Shown here: positions 30,854-40,538 of the stretch, piece by piece
How positions within the stretch are numbered: the stretch's first letter is position 1
Layout: every line of letters starts with the position of its first letter
NCBI GenBank assembly: GCA_963769425.1
Contig: CAVYLP010000004.1
Location: 224,001 to 288,000, forward strand
Direction: 5' to 3'
DNA length: 64,000 nt
Origin: Candidatus Bathyarchaeota archaeon
GTDB taxonomy: Archaea > Thermoproteota > Bathyarchaeia > TCS64
Translations under genes and position numbers: made by a program
Notes under the pieces: generated by a model
The model's database searches: none
What the model was told of the DNA's origin: nothing
Seen by the model: only the letters and a program-made list of their open reading frames with translations

Positions 30854-30948
30854 TCATCCTCGACCTTCTAATAACGGACTAGGAATTAACATGATTTATT
30901 CTATGATTTCAAATCTTCCTCCTAAGAGAGGATAAAGACCACTTCCTC

Positions 30949-31230
30949 TTGGTGTCTATTCGACTTGATATGGATGGAAGGATCGAGGAGCACGCCTTCT
31001 CAATCGAGATGAAGTCTAAGAACTCGTTAAATCATATCAGCCTGTCTGACAGGTCGGTTGAGCCCGTTCTTATTCGGGGTGAGCTCGGCGGGTTGGAGGA
31101 TGTATGTCTTCAGGAAGACGTCACACTGGTCGTGAGAGGTGTTAGGGGGACTCTTAGGCTTGAGATAAGTAGAGAGGAGCTTGTGAGGTTTTTGGCCAAC
31201 GGTAACCCCTCGGAGGCTATGAAGAAATGA
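30949..31230 (+). CDS. Hypothetical protein
   Basis: EHAFSIEMKSK..GTLRLEISREEL; overlaps the ABC gene start. Confidence 0.6.
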   Translation: MVSIRLDMDGRIEEHAFSIEMKSKNSLNHISLSDRSVEPVLIRGELGGLEDVCLQEDVTLVVRGVRGTLRLEISREELVRFLANGNPSEAMKK

Positions 31231-32176
31231 GTCTCGCGATTGAGACTCAGGGTCTTAGTAAATCTTATGGTTCACTGAAGGTGCTTAGGGAACTAAATCT
31301 CAATGTACCCGAGAAATCGATATTCGGCCTCCTTGGACCAAACGGATCCGGGAAAACGACTACTATCAAACTCCTCCTAGGCCTAATCAAACCCACCTCC
31401 GGAGGAGGCACACTTCTAGGACAGGACATCCAGAGAAACAGCGTCGAGGTCAGGAGTCGAATCGGATACCTCGCGCAGGTACCAAGCTACTACAACTACA
31501 TGACCGCCCGCGAGATCCTCCTATTCAAGCTCCGATTCTACTACAGAGGCGAGAAGAAGACATTCGAGAAACGTATCGATGAGACGCTGGGATGGTTGAG
31601 CTCCAGGACAAGGCCGACCGCCCCATCAAGGGATTCTCGGGGGGTGAGAGGCAGCGCCTCGGTCTCGCGCAGGCTGAGGTCCACAGACCCGATCTCCTCA
31701 TACTCGACGAGCCCGCCGCGAACCTCGACCCTGAGGGAAGAAAGGAGGTCCTAGGCTTGATGGAGGGCCTTCGCAGCCATTCCACAATCATCTACTCGAC
31801 ACACATACTCAACGATGTCCAGCATGTGAGCGACACCGTGGCGATCCTTAACAAGGGGAAGCTCCTCGCCGAGGCGCCGATATCTGAGCTCCTCAAGGGT
31901 CCGGGTGCCGCGGTCTACTGCATCACCGTGAAGGGCGACTACCAACCGCTCTGTGGCAGGATCAGATCCCTAGCGTGGGTAATAGGAGTGAATGTTGTCA
32001 ACGGACCGAAAACTACACTGGAGGTGAGCGTCTCCGATGAGGGGAGGGCGGAGGATGACCTGCTTAGACTAGCGGTTACAGGAGGAGAAACTCATGTGAC
32101 CGAGTTCGCCAAAAAGCGCTACGATCTGGAGGACGTTTTCATGAAGATCGTGGATGGTGGCAAAGTTGGAGAGTGA
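31227..32176 (+). CDS. ABC transporter ATP-binding protein (frameshift near 31590)
   Basis: GPNGSGKTT; FSGGERQRLGLAQA, LDEP and STH in the second frame. Confidence 0.9.
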
Positions 32177-32957
32177 GTCTTCGATGATGAAGGTTGACGG
32201 TTCAGGGGTCCTCGGCGGGTTCTGGAATAAGGCTCGGGAGGAGAACGGCCGATGGTGGATTACCCGTAAGTGGCTCATCCGGTGCGGGATCTGGTCGATC
32301 CTCGTTAATGGGATCACATCGATCTTCATACTTAAGTCAAGACAGGCTGCGACGGCTCTTTCGGTACAGGAGATCATCACCGTATTCACTGGAGTCATGG
32401 GTTGGATGGCGGCCTTCGGCGTGATCATTCTGACTCAGAGCGACATCGTCGAGGAGAAGCTGTCGGGGACTGCGGAATGGGTCCTCTCCTCCCCATTGTC
32501 GAGGGGGGCCTTCGTCCTCTCTAAACTTCTTGTGAACTCGCTGTGGTTGCTGGGGATCATCGTTGTACTTCAGGGCGTTGTCTTCGACCTGATCTTAGGC
32601 TTCTTCGGCTTCGAAAACATAGCGATTGGTTATCTTGTTCAGGGCCTCGCTCTTCAGGGTCTTCACCTCCTCTTCTGGCTGAGCCTGATCGTAATGCTTG
32701 GAACATTCTTCGGGAGCAGAAATCCGGTCATCGGCATCCCATTGATCTTCCTCTTCGTTCAACAGCTTATCCCCGAGGTCCTCGGGCCTTACGTCAGCGG
32801 GATTCAGCTTGTGATGCCAGAGCGGCTAACTGACTACTCATATGTCATTCTGACGGGGGGGCATCTACCCTCATGGATTCCAGTAATAACAATGGCTTCA
32901 GCGTCGTTGATATTCGTAGCCCTCAGTGTCCTGAGGTTCAGAAGAGAGGAGTTCTAG
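32154..32957 (+). CDS. ABC-2 type permease
   Basis: EEKLSGTAEWVLSSPLSR..SK, about 6 TM, RFRREEF end. Confidence 0.85.
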   Translation: MVAKLESESSMMKVDGSGVLGGFWNKAREENGRWWITRKWLIRCGIWSILVNGITSIFILKSRQAATALSVQEIITVFTGVMGWMAAFGVIILTQSDIVEEKLSGTAEWVLSSPLSRGAFVLSKLLVNSLWLLGIIVVLQGVVFDLILGFFGFENIAIGYLVQGLALQGLHLLFWLSLIVMLGTFFGSRNPVIGIPLIFLFVQQLIPEVLGPYVSGIQLVMPERLTDYSYVILTGGHLPSWIPVITMASASLIFVALSVLRFRREEF

Positions 32958-32976
32958 TAAGGAGTGGATTTGTTTC

Positions 32977-33864
32977 ATGGAATCTTCAGACAAATCAGGT
33001 CAATTAACAATTAATTCCGGAGGTCTGAAACAGGTGCTGCGGAAGCATCCCCTGTTTTTCTACTTCCTCATAGCATACGCATTTTCCTGGATCATTCTGA
33101 TCCCCTACATACTCTCATCCTGGGGCCTTCTGCAAGGGGATTACACACTCATTTTTGCCCTACACACCTTCGGGCCGACCTTTGCCGCAATCATCATGAC
33201 CAGCGTAACAGAGGGAAGAGAAGGTTTACATCGCTTGCGGCAGCGCATAAAACAGCGCAGTGCCAGTTGGCAATGGTACCTGTTCATCTTGCTCGGTATC
33301 CCCGCTCTGCTCCTGCTTGGGATTATTATCCAGCCTGGAGCGCTTGCAAGCTTTCAGGGCCTCACCTCCGCCATACTGGTTAGTTACCCGGTCTACTTTT
33401 TCGCCGTCTTCTTTGGAGGTGGACCACTTGGCGAAGAGATAGGCTGGCGTGGCTTCGCGTTGCCACGTATGCAGCCACGGTATGGGCCACTCTGGGGCAC
33501 ACTGCTTCTCGGGGTCCTCTGGGCCTTCTGGCATCTGGCGGACTTTTTAACGCCTGTTCACGGCGACTTCTTCACAAGTTTTCCCACATATTTCCTGGAA
33601 ATTCTGTCGCTAGCAATCATCTTTACATGGGTCTTCAACCACACAGGGGGAAGCATCTTCACAGCTATCTTTGCACATACCAGCGTCAATACTCCGGAGC
33701 TTGTTTGGATACCACTCTTTATCGCAGTGGATGTAACCAGCATGCATCAGGCTTACCTTGTCGGCTTTGGTGTGCCGGCACTGTTGATAGTCATATTAAC
33801 GCGCGGTCGGCTAGGCTACCAGCCAAATATGAACAGTTTACACAATCTGCCTCAAAAGAGGTGA
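32977..33864 (+). CDS. CPBP (CAAX/Abi) intramembrane metalloprotease
   Basis: EEIGWRG, WAFWH, AHTSVN. Confidence 0.92.
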   Translation: MESSDKSGQLTINSGGLKQVLRKHPLFFYFLIAYAFSWIILIPYILSSWGLLQGDYTLIFALHTFGPTFAAIIMTSVTEGREGLHRLRQRIKQRSASWQWYLFILLGIPALLLLGIIIQPGALASFQGLTSAILVSYPVYFFAVFFGGGPLGEEIGWRGFALPRMQPRYGPLWGTLLLGVLWAFWHLADFLTPVHGDFFTSFPTYFLEILSLAIIFTWVFNHTGGSIFTAIFAHTSVNTPELVWIPLFIAVDVTSMHQAYLVGFGVPALLIVILTRGRLGYQPNMNSLHNLPQKR

Positions 33865-33912
33865 GAAACCCTGAGAGAACCTTCTACCCATGATCGAAGA
33901 GCACTCAATGAG

Positions 33913-34563
33913 TTGATGCTCATCCTCGCTATACTCCTCATCACGCTTGCCGTCTCATTGTTCTTCGGGAAGGATGTATACATTTTTGGATACATTATGA
34001 CGATAGTCTACATCCTTAGTAGATTTACTCGTCACGGCAGACCTCTACAGGAGTTGGGTGTAAAGGGCGGTTTTGCGGGGGACTTTAAGCGGATATGGTA
34101 CTACTTTGGTATAGACGCGGTGTTATTCCAGCTTCTGCCGCCGACTCTTGGGATCGCCCTCGTGTTTGGGTACTACACTGATCTAGTGAGTCACATCACA
34201 GGTAGACTATCCATTAGTTTCGGTTCTCTAGAAGGGGTATCCGCAATTGTGGGATTACTGGTGGCGGTACTCATACTGACTTTAATGGAGGAGATCGTGT
34301 TCAGAGTCACGATTCAGGAAAGGCTGAGCTGGTTTATTGGGACTCCGGCGGCGATTCTCTTTACATCAATCGTATTTGGCTTGGTTCACTCCGTCGGAAC
34401 AACAGGAAGTATACAGGTCGTTCTAGCCGATGTGATGGGTGTCATAATAGACGGTGCGTTCTTCGGAATTATTTATGCTAAGACACATAATCTTGCGGTA
34501 ACATGGACCGCCCATTTCACCGCTGACGTAGTTGGACTCATTGTACTTGTATTGATATTCTGA
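33913..34563 (+). CDS. CPBP (CAAX/Abi) intramembrane metalloprotease
   Basis: EEIVFR, FGLVH, AHFTAD. Confidence 0.88.
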   Translation: MMLILAILLITLAVSLFFGKDVYIFGYIMTIVYILSRFTRHGRPLQELGVKGGFAGDFKRIWYYFGIDAVLFQLLPPTLGIALVFGYYTDLVSHITGRLSISFGSLEGVSAIVGLLVAVLILTLMEEIVFRVTIQERLSWFIGTPAAILFTSIVFGLVHSVGTTGSIQVVLADVMGVIIDGAFFGIIYAKTHNLAVTWTAHFTADVVGLIVLVLIF

Positions 34564-34620
34564 TCCGTATACTTTGCCATTTTTACTTTGACGAATGTGC
34601 ACGATTTTTTAACCTCAAAT

Positions 34621-34986
34621 TCATGGATCGAGTTGGTGTTTTCTCCGCCAGACTCCAATGCCTAATATGGCCACAGATACAGCCCATAAGACATAGTATC
34701 CTAACCCTACAACCATTTGCGACCCCAAAAAGAACAAACTAAAACTCATCACAGTCATCGAGGAGATGCTGATCAACCCAGAAACCAGCGAGAAAAACCC
34801 GGTCAAACCTGCGAGGACGAGAAGGACAAAGACCGCGATGAAGATGAAGCTGAGGGCCACTTCCGGCTTCTGTATCTCTCTCCAGAAGGTGATGACGGTT
34901 CCAGCGACCTCATACAGCGTAAGCGGGCGGTCGCCCCGGTAGGTGAATGGGAGGAGGAAAACGGAGCCAAGCGTAACTAACCCCAA
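34621..34986 (-). CDS. Membrane protein, possibly 5'-truncated
   Basis: Four hydrophobic segments; the start is poorly defined. Confidence 0.5.
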   Translation of the reverse strand: MGLVTLGSVFLLPFTYRGDRPLTLYEVAGTVITFWREIQKPEVALSFIFIAVFVLLVLAGLTGFFSLVSGLISISSMTVMSFSLFFLGSQMVVGLGYYVLWAVSVAILGIGVWRRKHQLDP

Positions 34987-35018
34987 TAAGAAGCCTATTG
35001 TTCTGCTTGATTTGAACC

Positions 35019-35447
35019 CTATGTTACGGTCCCCTCGAAACGGTAGACATCTCTCCCATTCCTCTTAATATCTAAAATATGGTATTCCCCAATTTCCGAG
35101 GTGTTATTAACATGTTCATTTCCGCATGGTTGAACATCAAAATCACCTATGGCGACGATTACAATATTTTTAACTTTAGAAGGAATATAACTTACATCAA
35201 TATTACTCGGCACTTTATCCCTTGAATAGACTGTTTTGATTACGGGCAAATTCATCTTTATTATTTTATTCACTTTTAGCTCAAAATCTTCCTTAGGAAT
35301 ACTAGTTAGATCTGTTTCGCATTTCAAATCAATCCTTATTTTATTCTCATGAATCTGCATTCCCGTCTGTATAGCACCATAATCCTTAATCAGTATCCGG
35401 TATAGTATATGCTGAGCACTTTCCATCCTCGCTCTCATCTCAACCAT
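35019..35447 (-). CDS. AlaX-S-like free-standing tRNA editing domain
   Basis: ESAQHIL (usually HxxxH), IGDFDVQPCGNEHVNNTSEIG; AT-rich. Confidence 0.82.
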   Translation of the reverse strand: MVEMRARMESAQHILYRILIKDYGAIQTGMQIHENKIRIDLKCETDLTSIPKEDFELKVNKIIKMNLPVIKTVYSRDKVPSNIDVSYIPSKVKNIVIVAIGDFDVQPCGNEHVNNTSEIGEYHILDIKRNGRDVYRFEGTVT

Positions 35448-35584
35448 ATAGCCGTCCCATCAGATGATCGAGATAGGTTCATTTAAATAATTTTAGAAAA
35501 AAGGAGGCATCAAATTCATTCGTCTAAAACCAATCTTGTCAGCTAATTTCTCCATTAGGCGGCAATATTTTACAGAAAGTTGAC

Positions 35585-35740
35585 CTCCGGCGGCATAGTC
35601 CTCACCATCGAGCCCGGAGTCACTTGGACCATATCATCCAGAGAGTCCACAGCTTTATCGTAGAGGGCACTGAGCCCATGCTGCTATTCGAGGTCTTCAG
35701 CCCACCTAGGAAAGACTTCCTAAAGGCTGCGAAACCCTAA
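35585..35740 (+). pseudogene. Cupin C-terminal fragment
   Basis: Manual translation ..VHSFIVEGTEPMLLFEVFSPPRKDFL..*; no N-terminus. Confidence 0.55.
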
Positions 35741-35891
35741 CCATTAGATCGCCTAGGAAAACCAATGACATCTGTAACACCTCTGCCGCTAAAGAAACCA
35801 GAAAGAGTCCCCAAATCCGGGAATACATGAGAATATCCGAAAACGCGGAAGCGAAGCACCCCTCCTTCCCCACCCTGTACGTACGCGCAGA

Positions 35892-36062
35892 CTAGAACTT
35901 CTTCATCCTCGGCTTGTGCGACTCCCTAGGTGCGAACGAGGCACACGCCTCCTTATTCTTATCAAGAACCTTGTGCTCCCGGGAGCAGTAGAAGGTGTTA
36001 CGCGAGTACTTCTTGCACTCCCTGCACCTCTTCCCAACTCCCTGCCTACTCGCATCGCTCAT
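35892..36062 (-). CDS. Small four-Cys protein
   Basis: CRECKKY..YC..AC; basic. Confidence 0.55.
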   Translation of the reverse strand: MSDASRQGVGKRCRECKKYSRNTFYCSREHKVLDKNKEACASFAPRESHKPRMKKF

Positions 36063-36149
36063 GATCACAACTACTCCGCCTACCTCTAATAAACAGCACC
36101 CAACAACCAATGTTTATCCGACACGCCCCGCCACGAAGCCGCGAGCAAC

Positions 36150-36425
36150 ATGACCACCAGACCAGTCACCGCGGCAATAGCCATCCTCATTGGCCTCCTC
36201 CTAACATGGGCTACAGGCATGTACCCGACTCCCTTCGCCCGAATACAGATAGATGTCGTCACCTACGGAGCACCCCTCCCCTACTCGACCCGAGTCATCC
36301 CCACCGAATTCCTCACATACGACTGGTTCAACCTCGCCCTCGACCTCGCCTTCTGGGCCATCATAACCTACCTCATCCTCGCCGTCATCCTCCGCACAAG
36401 CCCGCCCAAGAAACCTGATCAATAA
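36150..36425 (+). CDS. Small 2-TM membrane protein
   Basis: YGAPLPY..NLALDLAFW pattern between two hydrophobic helices. Confidence 0.6.
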   Translation: MTTRPVTAAIAILIGLLLTWATGMYPTPFARIQIDVVTYGAPLPYSTRVIPTEFLTYDWFNLALDLAFWAIITYLILAVILRTSPPKKPDQ

Positions 36426-36488
36426 CATATTGGTAGATTCGACACATAACTCCCTACCCGGCGCCGTCGATATCTACACTGTCCTCAA

Positions 36489-37766
36489 CTAAGCGCCCGT
36501 AACATGCTCGCCGAGCAGATAGGCCCTCTCAGCTCCGGTTATCTTAACCCTGATCCACTCACCCAACCCAGCCTTCGAAACCACAGTGACCGCCTTGTAT
36601 GAGCGGGTCCTCCCCATCTTCGCCCCGCTATGCCCAAGCTCGTCGAGCAGAACCTCCCCCTCCCAGCCGAGCCATGACTTGTTAGCCTCCGTCCCGACCC
36701 TCGTCCACAGATCGTCTAACCTCCTCGACCTAGCCTTAATGATCCTACCGTTCAACTGCCCGTCGAGCCCGACGGCCTCCGTCCCAGGCCTAGGCCAGAA
36801 CCTGTTCATGTTCAACGCGTCCGGGCGGAGCCACTCGACTAGCGACAGGCTCTCACCGAACTGCTCCTCAGACTCACCCGGGAAGCCGCATATGATGTCC
36901 GTCGAGACACCTAGCCCGGGTACGCCCTCCCTGAAGCGCGTCGCCAGTTCCTTGAAATCAGCGACGCTGTACCTCCTCCTCATCCTCGCCAGCACCTCGT
37001 CGCTACCCGCCTGAACCGGCGCGTGGAGGAACCTGAACACCTTATCCCCCCGGAAGGCGTCGATGAGATCGTCGACGATCGGCAGAGCCGAGTTAGGAGT
37101 CATCATGCCGACGCGTATCATGAAGTCGCCATCGATCTCCCCCAGCCTCCGGAGTAGATCTGCTAACCTAACGCCATTATCATCGTAGGCCGCGGTGTCC
37201 TCCGCCGTCAACCAGATCTCACTACAACCAGAGGCGACGGCCTCCTCCGCGTCCCGCACGATCCCCTCCGCGGGGAACGATCTAAGCCTCCCACGGGCTA
37301 CTTTGACTATACAGTAGCTGCAGTTACCGAGACACCCCGCCGCGATGGGGGCGATGTGGACGACATCGCTGAACCTCATCCTGGGTAGGCATGTTCGATC
37401 CGGTGAGGTCCCGCCTAGGTAAACAACCCTCTCACCTTCCACAGCAGCTTTGACCGCTTCCGGTATCCTCGCCACATCGTCGGGCCCCACCAAGCTAGCG
37501 TCTGGTGACACCTCCTCGACTAGTTCTCTCTGAGCCTTCGGCATACACCCCGCGACGACGATCCGTTTTCCCTCAAGCTCCCTGAGTCTCCTCACCACCT
37601 TATGCTCAGTTGGCGTCTTCACGATACAAGTCAGTAAAACCGAGACATCCGCATCCTCAGCCGAGTCGACGATCTCGTGTCCAGCCTCCAGGAGTAGACC
37701 CGAGGCGATCTCAGCATCCGCCCTGTTAGCGCTGCAACCGTAGACCTCGACATAGACCCTGGTCAA
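36489..37766 (-). CDS. mtaB: tRNA t6A37 methylthiotransferase (archaeal e-MtaB/CDKAL1 type)
   Basis: YGCSAN, TCIVK, AGC (UPF0004); CLGNCSYC radical SAM motif; RVGMMTP; C-terminal TRAM. Confidence 0.9.
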   Translation of the reverse strand: MTRVYVEVYGCSANRADAEIASGLLLEAGHEIVDSAEDADVSVLLTCIVKTPTEHKVVRRLRELEGKRIVVAGCMPKAQRELVEEVSPDASLVGPDDVARIPEAVKAAVEGERVVYLGGTSPDRTCLPRMRFSDVVHIAPIAAGCLGNCSYCIVKVARGRLRSFPAEGIVRDAEEAVASGCSEIWLTAEDTAAYDDNGVRLADLLRRLGEIDGDFMIRVGMMTPNSALPIVDDLIDAFRGDKVFRFLHAPVQAGSDEVLARMRRRYSVADFKELATRFREGVPGLGVSTDIICGFPGESEEQFGESLSLVEWLRPDALNMNRFWPRPGTEAVGLDGQLNGRIIKARSRRLDDLWTRVGTEANKSWLGWEGEVLLDELGHSGAKMGRTRSYKAVTVVSKAGLGEWIRVKITGAERAYLLGEHVTGA

Positions 37767-37805
37767 GATGCCTCAGACAGACGGGGATACGCCCACAATA
37801 TAACC

Positions 37806-38462
37806 CTACACGTCACTGCCACGTGCGTGTCTCAGCATCAGGAGCCGCTCACTCAGTCTGGTCCCCGCGCCGAAGACCCTCGTCCTTCCCTCCCTGATAG
37901 CCCGGATCACGTCCTTGGGATCCCTCGACTCCGACTCAACAACCGTGTACGACCGCCCAATCGTTTCTGGGAAGTGAGCGTCACTCCCACCTGTTTCAGG
38001 CAATTTGAGCTTCTTCGCCACATTCCTATTCCAGCCCATCACCAACCCGAAGGGGAACTGGGCCGCATTCGCAACCTCAACTGCATCGAAACCCGCCTCA
38101 TCAGCCCCCCTAAGGCTGACGAAGCTTCTCGGCATTGCCTTCGGGTGAGCGAGAACTGCAGTGGCTCCCTGAGAGTGTATTCTCTCGACCGTTTCAACCA
38201 TCGACAAACCACTCGGCACTACTTCTACTGGATCGAGACAGAGTATGTGCGCGCCGCGTGCTGACACTTCGAGCCCTGGGACGATTATGATCCCGTCATG
38301 TTCACAGGCGCTCAAACCCTCAATTGTGTCGTGGTCACAGATCGCATAGCCGTCGAGTCCTAGTCTTATACAAGCCGAATTAATATCGGAGAAATTATTG
38401 ATAGCATCCCTACTGAAGCGGGTGTGGACATGGAGATCGATCTTTAAAGATATTCTATCCAT
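37806..38462 (-). CDS. PHP domain phosphoesterase
   Basis: DLHVHT, CDHD, AHP, GGSDAH. Confidence 0.92.
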   Translation of the reverse strand: MDRISLKIDLHVHTRFSRDAINNFSDINSACIRLGLDGYAICDHDTIEGLSACEHDGIIIVPGLEVSARGAHILCLDPVEVVPSGLSMVETVERIHSQGATAVLAHPKAMPRSFVSLRGADEAGFDAVEVANAAQFPFGLVMGWNRNVAKKLKLPETGGSDAHFPETIGRSYTVVESESRDPKDVIRAIREGRTRVFGAGTRLSERLLMLRHARGSDV

Positions 38463-38544
38463 ACCACGCTCAGTTGATGTATGGCGAGGCTCCATTAAAT
38501 GTTTCCAATAAAAAATGGTGAGAAAAAAAGAGGTTACCTGTGGC

Positions 38545-38772
38545 TTACCGCTGAGGAGAGAACGATGCCCAGACGACCACGATCATGAGGGTCAGCACTG
38601 TACCGGCCGCGCCTGAGAGTATCCAGTCTAGCCCGAAATTGGGCCACATGAGCAATATCCATTGACTCAGCGGTGTGTACACCATTCTCGCGACTATGCC
38701 TCCGACGAAGCCGAGAACGGCGAAAACCAATAAAACTGTCAATCTACCTGCCATACTATCAACCTTGCTCAT
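38545..38772 (-). CDS. Small 2-TM protein divergent from the ESCRT operon
   Basis: Two hydrophobic helices with GxxxG motifs. Confidence 0.65.
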   Translation of the reverse strand: MSKVDSMAGRLTVLLVFAVLGFVGGIVARMVYTPLSQWILLMWPNFGLDWILSGAAGTVLTLMIVVVWASFSPQR

Positions 38773-39017
38773 GGATGAGTCCGTTTATATATTAAGGGTG
38801 CCGTATCGTGAAAATGTTCATTTTATTAAAAAATGAGTGTTTCAAATAAGAAATTTAACTAAACGATGTAATAGTTACTCTCATTGTCCAAGATTCTCAT
38901 TACAAGAATATGTTAAAATAATATGAAAAAAAGGTGTAATCTACGCATATAGTTACATTGGTGAGCCAGCAGTTTGATGCCCCTTACGACTCGCATTATC
39001 TTCGAGCGTAATCTATA

Positions 39018-39662
39018 ATGAGCTTCGCTAATAGATGGGAAAAGAGCAACGATCCGTCCTTATCCAACAAGGTTAAGGACGCCGTCAGGCCACCGGGCCC
39101 CCTCAAGCCCCGCCTCGACGCGGCCACCAAGCGGATCGAGATGCAGATCCAACGCCTCGACCAGGCAAGCAACCGCTTCCAGGAGCGCGACAAGACGATC
39201 TTCAACAGGATCGTCGACGCGTACGCTAAGCACGACACAGCACGCGCAAACGTCTTCGCAAACGAGCTCGCCGAGATCCGCAAGATGGAGAAGATGATCT
39301 TCCACGCCAAGCTCGCCCTAGAGCAGATCACGCTGCGCCTCAAGACCGTAACGGAGCTGGGTGACGTCGCAGTCACGCTCCTGCCGGTCGTCGGTGTCAT
39401 AAGCGACATCAAGACGGGCATGGCGGCGATCAGTCCACAGGCCGAGAAGGAGCTGGGTGAGATCGGTAACCTCCTCAGCGGCATCGTCGTGGACGCAGGC
39501 GCGGTAACGGGAATGACCATCAACTTCGAGTCGGTGAACGAGGACTCGGCCAAGATATTGGACGAGGCCCAGACCATCGCCGAGTCGAGGATGAAGGACA
39601 CCTTCCCAGAGCTGCCCGGCGGACAGAGCAAGGTCGGCGCAGGCCTAGGCGACAGAGTGTAA
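39018..39662 (+). CDS. ESCRT-III (Snf7) protein, CdvB1/B2-like
   Basis: ARANVFANELAEIRK, LEQITLRLKTVTELGDV, AKILDEAQTIAE..FPELP (MIM2-like). Confidence 0.92.
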   Translation: MSFANRWEKSNDPSLSNKVKDAVRPPGPLKPRLDAATKRIEMQIQRLDQASNRFQERDKTIFNRIVDAYAKHDTARANVFANELAEIRKMEKMIFHAKLALEQITLRLKTVTELGDVAVTLLPVVGVISDIKTGMAAISPQAEKELGEIGNLLSGIVVDAGAVTGMTINFESVNEDSAKILDEAQTIAESRMKDTFPELPGGQSKVGAGLGDRV

Positions 39663-39689
39663 AAGGAGCGAACCAGAGATGGAAAACCG

Positions 39690-39770
39690 CCCCTCCCCCT
39701 CTTTTTTAACCACCCCAAACGTTGGGGTGATCGACCTGGGCGCATCCAGGCCAGTTTCTAGCCTAAGCTG
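39690..39770 (+). promoter_or_regulatory. Pyrimidine/T-tract followed by three tandem hairpins between the ESCRT-III genes
   Basis: CCCCTCCCCCTCTTTTTT; CACCCCAA-ACG-TTGGGGTG; CCTGG-GCGCAT-CCAGG; CAGTTT..AAGCTG. Confidence 0.5.
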
Positions 39771-39788
39771 TTAAAGGAGAAAGCAGAA

Positions 39789-40538
39789 ATGGGCATACTG
39801 AACCGCCAGCAGAGTATCCTTCCGACCCCCGAGTCGATAAACGAGCTTAAGCGCCAGAGCATGAGGCTCGAACAGGTTAACTCCAAGCTTAGGGAGCGTG
39901 ACCGCGTGCTGTTCGAGATGGTTGGCAAGGCGGTTCAGAAGAAGGACTCGGCACGCGCGCAGATCTACGCGAACGAGCTCAGCAGGGTTCGCCACATAAA
40001 GCAGGTGATATCCCAGAGCCAACTCGCCATAGACTGCATCACGATCAGACTCGAGAACTTCCTCGACCTCTATCAGGTAGTTCAGGAGATGAAACCCATC
40101 TCAGAGGTCGTCAAGGAAGTCTCAGCAGATGTACAACAGGTAATGCCTCAGTTCGCAGCGGGCCTCGAGCAGCTGAACATAGTCGCCAGCGAGACCCTTA
40201 TGCAGACGACGATCGATTTCCGCCAGCCCGCACTGGACGGGATGTTCAGCGTCAAGAGCCAGGAGAGCGCCGACATCCTCAGAGAGGTCTCGAACATGGT
40301 CGAGAACAGCCTGCACGAGAGCTTCCCTGAGCCACCAGTCACGGTCGCGGTTGCGCCGAAGATAGCGAATAGGCAGACAGAGGCAGTCGCCTACGGATAT
40401 GAGCCAACATTCGCATCCCGCACCTCGCAGACTGGTGAGACAACGAATGACTGGAGTATGCTCTCGGACGACGTCGTGAAGATGCTCGACCAGATCAGTG
40501 GAAAAGGGCGCGTCAAAATGGAGGAGGTAGTGGCATGA
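39789..40538 (+). CDS. cdvB: ESCRT-III (Snf7) protein, CdvB-like
   Basis: RAQIYANELSRVR, ITIRLE, FPEPP; overlaps the cdvC start by 4 bp. Confidence 0.85.
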   Translation: MGILNRQQSILPTPESINELKRQSMRLEQVNSKLRERDRVLFEMVGKAVQKKDSARAQIYANELSRVRHIKQVISQSQLAIDCITIRLENFLDLYQVVQEMKPISEVVKEVSADVQQVMPQFAAGLEQLNIVASETLMQTTIDFRQPALDGMFSVKSQESADILREVSNMVENSLHESFPEPPVTVAVAPKIANRQTEAVAYGYEPTFASRTSQTGETTNDWSMLSDDVVKMLDQISGKGRVKMEEVVA

